Assembly: GCF_006345805.1 (NCBI RefSeq)
Contig: NC_043003.1
Location: 31,930,001 to 31,994,000 of the forward strand
DNA length: 64,000 nucleotides
Origin: Octopus sinensis
Lineage: Eukaryota
Reading direction: 5' to 3'
Numbering within the stretch: position 1 is the stretch's first letter; every line of letters starts with the position of its first letter. The notes under the pieces are model-generated. The model saw only the letters and a list, made by a program, of their open reading frames with translations, had not been told where the DNA came from and searched no databases. Positions 26,653 to 39,889 of this stretch are shown here, piece by piece. The translations under genes and the position numbers were made by a program.

Positions 26653-27044
26653 ATATATATATATATACATATACACAGTGACGCACATGCACACACACAA
26701 GTAGACACACATGCACACACAAACGTAGATATCGTGGTCGATACGAGGCAATAGTAGAAGAAACCCACTCAAGATGCCATGCAGTGTACTGTATCCAGAG
26801 ATATGTGTATAGGAAGGAAACTTCTTACCACACAGCTGCGACTGCATCGATATCAATTTATCTTTTTCTCTGTAAATGCGATAATGCTCATAGTAGCAAC
26901 ACCGAGCTTTTTTTTCAATGGAACTCCAAGATTTCTGGCAATAAATATAAAATTCTTTCTGTCTTTCATTTTTAACCTGTAGCTCTCCAGAATCTGTCTA
27001 TTTGTCTGTCTGTCTCTCTCTCTTTCCTACTGTCTCTCTCACAC

Positions 27045-28090
<1,046 letters not shown>

Positions 28091-28970
28091 TTTACACACA
28101 GATAGATACATGAATACATATATACATATCATGAGGTGATGCGGGAGTGGCGGTGTGTGGAGAGACAAGACGAACAGTAGAAAGAACATGAGAAATAGAA
28201 GTAGCGTATTGAAGAGCAGCATGTTACTTTGAAGATATATTAACAGCTTAGAGCAAAGGTCTGAAATATTACTTATCAGCTACAGTAAAACATGATGAGG
28301 TATGTTATTAGATAAAATACATACAAGCAAGTACGCAGAAACATATATACACATGCGAATACACATACACACACCACACACATCACATACATACATGCAC
28401 ACAATCAAGCAAAGGTGTATGTACGGGTGAGTGTGGATGTGTGCTTATGTGTGCGTGTATAAACTCGCGACATTCACATCATGCTTCTAATTCGGAGTCG
28501 GCTATCAGTTTACGTAAAATAGTTACCGTTTAGTGTAACATTATATAACCATGAAAGTGAAAATCCAGGAAATCTGAAGAATACTATTTTTGCTTTTTCC
28601 AGCGACGTGTAACGAAAGAATAAAATCGGAAGGTGTGAGAAATGCATGTGTACTTTTTTTATGTTTTCCATATGGCATCTATATGTTTACATCCGTTTCG
28701 TAATGTAGTATTATTAGTTTCAGTATGCAAAAGTACACGTATATTTCAACAGGAATATGTATGCTCACCAATATAATATACTTCTTTATTTACAATTTGA
28801 TACAAAAAAAAAAATAAATAAAAGAAAGTTAACTCACCAGATTATCCGAACGTCGCTGATATACCTATGATTTATACTTTTTGCACTTTCTCTCTCGCTC
28901 TCCTAATCTCTCCCTCCCTCTCTTTTTGTTTCTCGGGTTGTGTGTGTTTGTGTATATATATATATATATA

Positions 28971-29166
28971 ATCCAAACAAGAAAGCAGAAAAAAACACAA
29001 CAACGCGAGGACGTGGAACAAATATAGTATTATTGGACTCTCAGGAAAAAAAAGAAAGAAGGAGGGTTTAACGTTTCGAGCGGAGCTCTTCGTCGGAAGC
29101 ATAGAAAAAGGAAAGATCCAGAGAAGGGAAGACAGAGGAAAAAATCGCCAACGGTACACATAAGGT

Positions 29167-29170
<4 letters not shown>
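28971..29170 (-). repeat. ~200-bp Penelope-type terminal repeat carrying a hammerhead-like motif
   Basis: The reverse complement is nearly identical to 46410-46590 and contains CCGACGA-A-GAGC-TCC-GCTC-GAAACGTT. Confidence 0.75.
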
Positions 29171-29214
<44 letters not shown>

Positions 29215-30380
29215 AATTAAGATAGGGGTTGTAAATGCAACCCTCCATGGGATAACATATATCCAATATACTGCTAGTGAAGTACCCAACAAAGTTAATA
29301 CATAAATGTTAAGAATTGCGATGCAATTAATTCATTTACTGTATTATATGGGCAAAGGTAAAATGTTTTACCAAAAATTAATAATACAAAATAAGAAATT
29401 GGGGAAATACATCCAAATCAATTATCAACTACCAGATAATACCCAATCACATAATTTATTAAACCACTACATATGAACATTAAGGTCAAACATATTAATA
29501 TAGAACAAAACAGTGTACATGAAGGAGTAATATGGTACAATAAGTACAGTATGTATAAGAGAATATACAAATATAAATATAAATATAAACTACATCTTAC
29601 AGTGTTTCGGCCATGCAGATATGGGTGTCTCATTTTGCTCATATTAGCCATGTGTGATAGGTCAATATGTAGTTATAAATGAGACACTTACAAAAATATC
29701 ACAAGGCCTCTTCGGAGATTATGAAATACAAACTAAATTAAATATGAATATCAGAGAAGGTACACCCATACAAGTGTGGGTACATATCCATAATATATCA
29801 TATACACATACATATGAGTGCATATACTCATACTCCTATACATATATATATATACACATACATAATAATATAAATCAATATACAAACATATGTTCCATAT
29901 TCAATGTTACAGTTTTCCAACTTAATATTATGATATTACAATGTAGAAAACATACACATATTAATACTCAAATGCAGACATACAAAGTTGAGAGTACAAT
30001 ATATTAATTTACAAAATGTCAATCATATTAACATCATTACTATTATTATTACCACTATTGCTACTAATATCATTATTATTATTATTAATAATAACACTAA
30101 TATTGTTTTGCTAGCAAATGAAAAACATGTAATGATGAATAAATAAAACCATTGTTTTTTAGCAATCTCCAGTTTTGATATACATACATAAATACATATT
30201 TGTATGTATGCATGTATATGTATGTATATATATATATATATGCAGGTCCCGGGTTGAGTCGGGGTTAACCACAGTAAATAAGGTACTCAATACATAGCAG
30301 AGTAAAGTAATTTATTTTATAGAAGGAGCTTCTACAGGACTAGTCCTTCATAATTTGATACTGATTATAAGATCGAAAAT

Positions 30381-30424
30381 CCACCTGAAGAATGTCAGTA
30401 GCAGACATGAAACAATTGTAGTGG
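30381..30424 (+). ncRNA. Type I hammerhead ribozyme motif with a complete core
   Basis: Stem I CCAC(30381-84)/GTGG(30421-24), CUGAAGA (30385-91), stem II AUGUC/GACAU with a 7-nt loop, GAAA (30409-12), palindromic stem III ACAAUUGU and a GUA triplet (30418-20). Confidence 0.85.
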
Positions 30425-30590
30425 CGGTTTATTTAATTTATATTAAAATTTTATGTATTGATTAAGTCTTTCCTTGTTTTATTTTAAAATAGTGGTTTTG
30501 TCTCGAATTTTATTATATAATATTTTACTATAAAATTGGATTTAACCCTAAATCTGATTTTTCCCTGTAATTTTGGATTCATTCCCTAAT

Positions 30591-30649
<59 letters not shown>

Positions 30650-30655
<6 letters not shown>

Positions 30656-31576
30656 GTTAAAAAAACACAAACTGGGACAAGAACGTGAAACATTTTGAAG
30701 ACGACAAAAAAACACACAGAAGCTCTCAGTCATCAGTCAAGAACCAGATCATCTTCGCAATTTCGGCTGATTAATCTTGAGATTGCTCCAATCTGGGCAG
30801 CCCGCCAAGGGAAATCTAAGCCAATCGCATTAGATTCCTTGGAAGAAAACCTCGAAAGTATACAACACGGTGACGGAAAAACGGACGATGTTACTCGAAA
30901 AAAATTCAAAAATACGTAAAAACAATAACGATAGCACGGATGAGAAAACAAAATAACGTAAAAACAATAATAACAAAACCAGGACGTCAGGACAAGCGTC
31001 TTTCGACAGGACGAGTTGAGTATAGGCTGGCTGTGGAACAAGTGCCTGAAGGCAAACGGAGCACAAACAAATACGTGTTGTCTCCCTAACTACTTGATGC
31101 GAAAAGGCAGTAGTAGCTGGCTGGTCACGTGAGCACAAAAAGGAGAAAGGGACAGATGAAGAGAGAAGCAAGAGTGGGAAAGGGACAGGTCAAGTGGGGT
31201 ATAAGGTCTGAGAGGCAGAGAAATGTGGGAGAGGAGGGACGGAGGAAGAGAGAAAGAAAGAAGGGGAACAAGGGAGGAGAAGAAAAAGAGGGAAAGAGAC
31301 AGAACAAGGGGAGTGCAAAGGGTGAAGGCAGAGAAAAGTAGGAGGGGGGGAAAGAGACAGTGTAGTCGAGTCGTACCAATGTTAGAGAGTAATATACTTA
31401 CAGTATAGGGTCAAAAGGTAGGATACGTAGCCGCCGTGTGTATATGTAAACGTTAAAAAAACACAAACTGGGACAAGAACGTGAAACATTTTGAAGACGA
31501 CAAAAAAACACACAGACGGGACTTTCGAAGCTCTCAGTCATCAGTCAAGAACCAGATCATCTTCGCAATTTCGGCT
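30650..31576 (-). mobile_element. Non-coding ~796-bp unit with direct terminal repeats (30650-30768 / 31446-31576), Penelope-type partial tandem
   Basis: The two repeats are identical apart from a 12-bp deletion (cgggactttcga) in the left copy. TA/TG microsatellites flank the element. Confidence 0.8.
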
Positions 31577-32767
31577 ATGTATGTGTGTGTGTATAGTTTG
31601 ATGAAACCTGCAGAAAATGGACAGTTATGATGGTTTTAAGTTTCAAGGAGATTAAATGCTAAATATTTTCGAAAGGGAAATCCAAAGTAGATACAATTGT
31701 CTGGAAGCTTTACTTCATAATTGTCTGTAATATAATTTATGCATTACAAGTGTTAATAACAAGAGAGCAGTTTAATATATAAATAGATTTTAGTTTATGA
31801 AGTAGTGTGTTTGAAATTTCATGTTGTCTTGAGACAATAAATTTATATCTCTATGGTGTTGTGGATACCTCTGCAAACTTCAAAAGTGTTTCTTTTACAA
31901 TTCGCTTTAATTAACTAATTAAGCGGATAGCTTTCTAATTTCAATTTGACTAATTGAAGAAGACTCTAGGGATAGTCTAAATAATCAATTGCTACCTTAT
32001 GAAATACTGTATATTTTTTATTGTTTTTTTTTTCTTTGACGTTCAATATATATCTAAAACAAACAAAAGAAATAATTAAAAACTGAGATTTTTGTACACA
32101 CATACACACGTCTAATCCAAAACTGTGCTTTGTAACAAACATTATGTTTATTTTATTAGAGCAACTTTTAGAGTACTTCTCAATACATCGATCAATAAGG
32201 CTACTTTCTTCCCACCTCTATATTCCTCCCTACTCTTTCTCTCTGTTTATCATTTGCTTAATTAATACTCAGTATCTAGGTTATGTGACCTGTTTACTTA
32301 TATTCTCGCTATATGCTAGTTTTGCGTGATCAATGTGTTCTTATGTTTGTTCACAGATTTTTCATTTGTTGATTGCATTTTTTATACAACATCACTCTTT
32401 AATATGGTACCCTGTAAAACCCATTGGACGAACAAACGAAGTAGATTTAAGAAGGAAATCTCACTGAGAAAGTGCATCGCTATCTTTAAAAAAATATATA
32501 TATATATCTGAAAATAGAATTGGGCTTACACACCTGGAATATGTTTGATCATATCCGTGCTAGATCAGATATAATTTCGGGTGCAAATATTTATGCCACG
32601 TTGGTGCAGGTGTTAGGCATGGTGGCAGAAATTTCATGTTTCAGTATAAACAATCACGCGCAAATCCTATTAGCATTATTTCAGCGCTTATTCATATCTG
32701 CCTGGTTTCATTAACATCAGCGCCGTAAATTAACAAACAACTCAATTGTGAATATGCTGATTTCTAA

Positions 32768-33879
32768 TCAAATCCCTTTGCAATGTTGTTTTAGGTGAAT
32801 GAAATAAATAGTACCAGAAGATATGTTACCTAGGGAAATGAATTGAATAACTATCACCCAGCTGATATTTAGTAGTGTCTTGCATTTCAAATATAGGTGA
32901 CGTAGTGGCAGAATCGTATGAGCGTAGTGGATAATTCTTCGTGGCAAGAAATCTCCGATTGTGCGAGCTCTCTGTTCAAACCCACCGAATTCATATTTGC
33001 CTTTCATCCTTTTCCGATCAATAAAAAGGTATCAATCCTGAAGTGCAGGTGAGATCAAATTGTACGAACGTTCTCTACAAATGCTATGTATTACACAGTT
33101 CTATGCCTTGTCCTACACAGTTTAGTACTTTTCTCAGAATAAAACTCATCAAAGCCTTACATCATCACCTGTCACTTTGGTTGTCTTTACCTTATGCTTC
33201 TCTGTCGTAAGCATTCAGGACAGGTCTCTAGGTTAATAATACATTCCTCCTTCCCTCGCACAATTTAGAGAGGCTCTGTAAAGGGCTTTGGACACCACAT
33301 TCCTTTCTGACTAAGTTACAATATCATATGTTGATAATCTGAGGAAAAATCAAAACAGTGTGTTGTGTTGGTAGCAGGGTTCAGAAATCGAAAGAAACTA
33401 ATTGGCCGAGCAGCCTCACATCGTCCAAAAATATCTGATACCAAACGTTTACCTTGAAGACTTATTTCATTCGAATTTATTCTGAATATTTTTCCATGCA
33501 TGAGTGTGATGTAATTCCAAAACCTAAATTTTCGCTCGCAAGTGTATTACTTCAGACAAGAATTTCCTTTCATTTCAGATACGATAAATAATATAGAAAT
33601 GCGGCTTTTGGATAACTTCAAAGTGCATCAGCATGTCTATACATCTGTTGATTTTAGAAATAATTGCTTGAAAGCGCTCGTTAAATTATCTTTATTACAC
33701 ATTAAAATGGAATTTGGATGAGAACAAGTGCCTGTGGCATTTAGAAGAAACCCACATTTGATCCTTTCCTTATCCGACATCTGCATGAAAAGTGTATTCT
33801 CGGCGGAGATTGCCAAACGTTTTTTGACAGGGGATGCATTCTTTGTAGATTGTTTAATACGATTTGTAGGAGAGGGCAT
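32768..33879 (-). pseudogene. Decayed long coding region of unrecognised origin
   Basis: ORFs 33637-33879 and 33316-33501 are in one frame, which continues through a few stops (..WCPKPFTEPL*IVRGKEECIINLETCPECLRQ). After a shift it runs into ORF 32768-33007. No family recognised. Confidence 0.45.
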
Positions 33880-34899
33880 ATTGTTTCTAAGTTATAGAAT
33901 CCTCTTAATGAGATATTAGCAGCTGTACGCTATAAAAATTGTTGAATTGTTTTTATTAAATTTCGTTGCATTTGCTGATAAAAAGTAGAAACACCACAAG
34001 TACTCTGTTTAGTTTCTGTTTACACTGACTTTATACCTAATCTCGCTTTTATTTTGCTGAGAGCTTAAATTATTTTCTGGGTGGTTGCCAATTTTCAAGA
34101 TACTTTTATTTCTTTTGGGGAAATATCAAGTTGACTAGGTAAATGAATTTCTATTACGAAATATTCATTTGTTAGTAGCGAAAATAACAGGCTGCGTTTC
34201 GCCAATTTTGTTAATATTACAGACTATGGATGATGTACTACTCCAATCTCCAGGTCTATAGATATTAGTCATCAGTATAATTAAAAGGCAGGTGCAGACA
34301 ACTTCAGTTTATGTAAGAGATTTGTGGTTATATAAGCCTCCTTCGTTTACTGTATTTCATCAGCTAAAGAAGAAGCACATTAAGCAAGCTACAACTGGTA
34401 ATAAACTCATTTTTCTCCTTAAATAAATCGCATTAACTGATTTGCATAAATGACGCATATATAAGGTAAATTCGATTAATAATTTATTGGCCCTCAACAA
34501 TGTTTTGTTTCGATGATATATTGTGACATTTAAATGCCTTGCCTTGGAACCTCAATCTTTTCGTGACATGCGGCATATCCTGGACATTTTAAAACCTGGC
34601 ATGCTCAGTACAGCCCAAAGTTTCCGGAGATAAAAGGTGACACGCCCGATTATAACGGTACAGATGATGATGGTACAGATTGCGATGATGTGGATGATGA
34701 GCATGATTTAGAAGCAAGATCAACAATTTTGAGGGGTAGAGTACTTGACGGATGCTTTTTTATCGACATTGAAAGAACAAAAACCTCGGCGGTATCAAAA
34801 TAAAGAGTCGAAAAAATATGGCAAGTCACTTTCCCTACTCTCTAACTACATTATGTGCTAGCTTGCCGCCTTTATACTGCTTCCTTGATATAGGTGCGC

Positions 34900-35025
34900 G
34901 ACCAGCAGTTATAGAGGGAGCTATGTTAGTCGATTAAGTCTACCTACTACATGGCTAGTAGTTTCGTTTATCGACCCTAAATGAATGAAGGGCAAAGTTG
35001 ACCGCGGCAGAATTGCTAACCATTT
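34900..35025 (-). mobile_element. SINE fragment, second family
   Basis: The reverse complement contains ccgcggtcaactttgcccttcattcatttagggtcgataaac. Confidence 0.55.
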
Positions 35026-35229
35026 AAAAAAAAACTGGAATTCATGGAGTTCTAAGGGATATGAACTCCTTTTCGCATATCATAAATTTTGCTGTTGTTC
35101 ACTTGCTAACATTTAATATCTAGTTTTCTTTGACTATATTCAACAGCTACCAACCTTATCCGTTTTTCAGTTCTTCATGACGGTACTACCGATTGTATAC
35201 TAGAGATCCCCCTCCCCCGACTTCTAGTG

Positions 35230-35760
35230 TTGGAGACAATATTTCTTCATCTTCCTCGAAAATACAAGCCAAGGTACAGTGGAAAAGTAGTTCTAAGGCC
35301 TGGTGTTATTATTGAAACGTCTGTTGCTGATAAATTTCTCTTTTTTATGCTTTTCCAGCTCCTCTGGGATAAAAATATGTTTCAACTCTTATTTTCATTT
35401 TCTCTCTGTAACTGCAACATATACATCTCCGGGATTGCTTGCAGATTTTCTGAGATCATAGCACCCTATGTATAATTGCAGCCTTCAGCCATTAGCAAAT
35501 GTATATTTTTATGCCACTTTGATGTCCACTATATGTCCGTTCTATGCTGCAAATTTGACATCAATCTAAGAGTCAACATCCACCAAGGCACATCAATGTG
35601 CTTTATGATTATATCATGCATTGTACCTTGTCATTCGAAATCTGTGAAGTTCATCAGCCTTTCGTTCATAGTTTCAAAAGTCAGGCACGCAATTCCATAC
35701 CCCAACCAATTTAGTGTATTATAGGTCAGACTACACTTTATAAAATAATTCATTGAGTAA
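35230..35760 (-). pseudogene. Possible second decayed coding relic of unrecognised origin
   Basis: One frame reads CALVDVDS*IDVKFAA*NGHIVDIKVA*KYTFANG*RLQLYIGCYDLRKSASNPGDVYVAV...ELKHIFIPEELEKHKKEKFISNRRF, with scattered stops. Confidence 0.3.
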
Positions 35761-36379
35761 TCGAAAAAATGTCAGTCTCTGTAATATCACATTACCAGGA
35801 TTCATTGTTTCCTTTAGTAGAAACGAATAAAATCTAAATCCTACATTTTTGCCAGTCGTTCTCATTGCTAGTACATCGGCTAATGTCGTATATATTTGTC
35901 ATTTTGTATTTCGCAAATTTCCGAATGAACCTGCGTTGTCACGTTATTGTTTTTATACGTTTTTGATTTTAAATCATGTTTCTGTCTTTTTATTCATTAA
36001 CATTTATTTCGTGAACATTTTTTGGTTCATGGGAGTTATCAGGAGATAATTTCTCTTTTGTTAGAACCGTCTCTACCTTCTAGTAAAAGAAGTCATGTTG
36101 AATATAATTGGATATAAATATTTAAAATATGATTCTACGAAAAGAATAAAATGTTTCACAGAAAAAAGTAATAATAATTATAGTAATAATAATAATCTTT
36201 TTCTCTCATTTTAAGGTCACACTATCATCTTTTCATCAAATTACCTTTAAAACGAGTTTTTAATTTTCTGATGCTTTGACAGACACACTCTAGAACAATA
36301 CTCTATGCAAAACCAAAAATATAGCACCTAGTCATAACACCAACTTCTAACTTGTCTCTTGAGGTCCCCGAGTTAGACT

Positions 36380-36850
36380 TGTTGTCAACATGTACAAATG
36401 CAAAATAAAAGGCAGTGTTGAGCCCTATATACACTGGAAGCTATGCCAACAGAAAAAAGATAGTTTAGACACATCCCAGAAAAGGTTTCAGAAAATGACA
36501 AAGCAACCATACTCTTGGATATGCCAATACATAGAGCTAGAGAAATCGAGGCTAATTGAACAGATATAACTGTCAGAGATCAACAAGAAAAACTCTCAAA
36601 ATGGAAAGATCTGGAAATAGAGATAACCCGAATGTGAAGCCTAAAAAAACAATCCCTATAATATGGGTGCATTAAGTATGATTAAAAAAAACATTCAGAC
36701 AAATACATAACCAAAACACCAGAACTTACAAATGTATATAGCCTACAGAAAATTGTACTACACTGTACCGGATTTATCCTACGTAAGCAAATTCAATACA
36801 GTGAAAATGAGAGCACCACAACAAACCACAGCACATACCCAAAGTCTCGT
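36380..36850 (+). mobile_element. R4/Dong-like LINE C-terminal relic
   Basis: Decayed RLE region and a ..QKIVL..FILRK end. The 3'UTR gagcaccacaacaaaccacagcac matches 61381-61400. Confidence 0.7.
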
Positions 36851-37254
36851 AAATGGAAAACCTTAGGACTGGACCGGACCCCTAACTTCTATTTGAATTG
36901 TTGACTGAAGGATCTACCTATCTACTGCCAGAAATTGACAATATAATAAGAATTATCGACCAATAATACAGCTTACAATATCCTCAAACTCTATACTTTC
37001 TTTGAACAATATCTTTCCACAAATGAAAGGTTGTAAAAGAAACTCTAGTTGGGACAAAAACACATTAACTCATAAATAGAATGATTTCAGAAAATTGCTG
37101 CAGCAAAAACAAATACACAAGTACGGTGTGCGTAAACTACAGGAAAGCGATTAATAGTGTCCCACAGAAATGGATACTCAAAGCTATAGTTATATAAATT
37201 CTTACAGAATAGCTAACAGGGTAATGGAATACACGTGTTTTTCTAAACCGTGGT

Positions 37255-37790
37255 AATAATATGAACCAATCCAATAACATCAACATCAAACGAGGCATCT
37301 TTTCAGGTGAGTCCCTTTCCACATTACTTGATTTGTATGGCACTGATCCTAGTCGCAAATGTGTTGCACAACATCAGAGATGGGTACAACATTTTGAAGA
37401 AGATAACAAGCCGGCTTTTTAACATAGGCAATCTGAAGCTTTTTGCCAGGAATTAGCAGGAACTAGAAGGGCTACTAACAACTGTTCTATTGAAGAGTTT
37501 AGCAATGACATCGAGATGGGCTTGGCCCTCGATATGTGTGCTAAAGCAACTTTTGTAAGAGACAAGCTCAAATAAACAGCGTATATTAATTTAGTTATCG
37601 ACACTACTCTCAAGGATCTTGACCCGCTATGACTTATACATACGTAGGTATGAACAAAAGAGATGGCATACATCATGCTACTATGAAGGAAAAAATAAGA
37701 AAGGAGCATATAGGAGAAAAAGACTTGCGAGAATGCCTGAACTTAACTCGAAAAATTGCATCGAAACCATTAACATCTTAGCAATAAATG
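37255..37790 (+). mobile_element. R4/Dong-like RT relic
   Basis: NIKRGIF, KLFARN*QELEGLLTTV, FSNDIEMGLALDMCAKATF. Confidence 0.7.
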
Positions 37791-37799
37791 GGAACTGGG

Positions 37800-38545
37800 G
37801 CAAGGTACAACGGCCCACCTTCCAGGTAACGCGTCAGATTTAGCTTCTCGGACTATCTCTGAATGAAGCTGCTCACAATTCTTGTAATCTCATCACAAGT
37901 GCTGTCCACGTCCATGCCTGGATCTAATCAGACTTCCAGCATTTTTGATCTTTCCATTTTTCCAGCGCCCTAAGGCATGGACTAGCCTGTTAAGTTGTCG
38001 AGGCACAAGCCTACCCATTTGTATGAATATATCTTTGCTCCAGCTATTCCCTTCTATTCCTTAAGAGAAGAATCGGCTATTTTCACTTCCGTGATGATTC
38101 TCATCATTACGGTGACATCGTGTACATACGCTGGCTCAACTCTCCAGCACTCATGCTTAAAGGGATACCCCTCAAGCATTTTAGCATCTGAAGCTACGGC
38201 AATGTCGCGATGACGTATAGAGAGGAAACCCCTTACAAGTGCGCGCAATAGAAATATTTCCGTGAGAAGGCTACTCACTTTGACCGCCAAGCAATACTAC
38301 TGTGTATTGACGTGATCCAGTCTCTGAAGAAAAGTCTGAACCGGCCATTTTTAGGTTGACGCTATGAAGCGATGGTCTATCGCATGGAAAGCTTTCGATC
38401 TTTCCTAATTCATTAGATCTTACAAAACCCAGATTTGTTCCTCCTTATCTTTATAATGAATCGTATGAGGTACGAGGTTGTCATAGACGGATCTATAGAT
38501 GCCTGTATACTTCTAAGCTTCCCAGACAAAACCACCAACGATACT
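37800..38545 (-). mobile_element. Old decayed Tx1/L1-like RT fragment
   Basis: The reverse complement resembles 24480-25200, for example gatcgaaagctttccatgcgatagaccatcgc compared with DQSKAFDRVDHR. Confidence 0.65.
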
Positions 38546-38999
38546 CTGTGTATAGCACCAAAGAGAGATATAAATTAGTTACTTATGGGCGAACTAATTT
38601 CTTATGGTGTGATTGTGAGAACTTTAGATATCTGTACGTTTCACTGAGAGTTGTTAACAACATTATAATTGAATCTAGCATTTCCAAGAGTTGCATGTTT
38701 GTTACAAAGAAAGCCAAATATCATCAAATGGAATATAAATCTACCGAAAGAGAAGATACGGAAGAGCGATATAGATGATAGATATTAGTATGTCGGAGTC
38801 TTGGAAGATGATGTATGAAAGGACAAAATTTTGAAAGGCAAAATTCAGAAAGTATATTTCGAATGTTAGATTTTTAAAATCCAAACTCAGTGATATAAAC
38901 AGAATCGCTGCCATAACCTCAAAATCCATTTCCATCATCAGACACGTTGGGAATAATCAAACAGATAAGGAAGATCTAGAGTTCTGTGGTAGAATAACA

Positions 39000-39460
39000 C
39001 AGAGGTTACTGACAATCATCTAGTAGATGGTGACAGATTATTTTTTAGCAGAAAGTTTGGAGGAAGATGACGGCTGGCTGTAGAAGACTCTGTGGAAGTC
39101 AAGATAGATAGTTTAAAGAATTTCATTGTCGAAAGTGATGGAGTATTTCATTGTCGGAACGGACATGTACGTAAGCAAAAGGAAGGAGAACCAGCAAAGA
39201 AATCTGAGCTAGAAAGGAATGATACGAACAGGGATATGATACGAAATAACGGAAGGCCTGATTGTAAAGAGACAGAAGGCCTGATCAGAGCAAGACATAT
39301 CATGGAGGTTATGAATAAAGGAGACACCTCGCTGTATAATGATTATGTGGCAAAAAGAAAATCATGGGTAAAAGCTTGTAGAGAGGTTTTCTATGAACTG
39401 GAGATGCGACACACTTTCTACAATCATACATTGGCAATTCTATGAAACAATTTGAATTTG
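39000..39460 (+). mobile_element. R4/Dong-like post-RT relic
   Basis: RLFFSRKFGGR*RLAVEDSVEV resembles the RLYLPRKEGGRGL motif. Confidence 0.5.
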
Positions 39461-39889
39461 AATATGTTGGACAATTACATGAGTATGAAATCGAATATGT
39501 TCTTGAAAACGATCATATAGATGTACTAAATTATATGGAAATATAAAACTGATACGCAAAGAGGATATTCACATTCAGATATCGTTGTACTCAGTAACAA
39601 AGAAAAAGTATATTGTTTAATACCTGGGTGTTCGACGAACAGCTTGAGAAAATAGAACAAATATCAAACCTAGAGAAACTGGAAATGTTATAATTCGATC
39701 TTTAAGTAGAATTGCAGGGCTTTTTAAAAGGTGATTGCACATATTGTATATGGAAATGGATTTTCAGATTTTAGTGAATACCTGGTGGCTTCACACAGAA
39801 ACAGATATGATAAAAGTATGACGTTATTTGAGACTTCACAATCCAATGCTTGCAGAACAACAACGAAGGTGAGTAACTGAAAGGAATGA

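Larger units (their letters stand above)
23172..27020. repeat. Old inverted pair of ~280-bp arms (23172-23450 / 26727-27020), each a SINE plus unique flank
   Basis: Shared agaaagaatttta.ttttattgccagaa, tcggtgttgctacta, atatcgatgcag.cgcag and ggcatcttgagtgg in opposite orientations. Confidence 0.75.

Noticed and set aside
28600-28640. Plus-strand 30-nt micro-exon signal (ttttccag|...GAAG|gtgtga)
   Set aside because: It is on the opposite strand to the other candidates, and shows how readily such signals arise by chance.
29585-29640. Minus-strand GGCC-GAAAC-ACT-GTA-AGATG resembling the 3' half of a hammerhead
   Set aside because: No CUGANGA core and no convincing stem II upstream. At best it is a heavily decayed relic.
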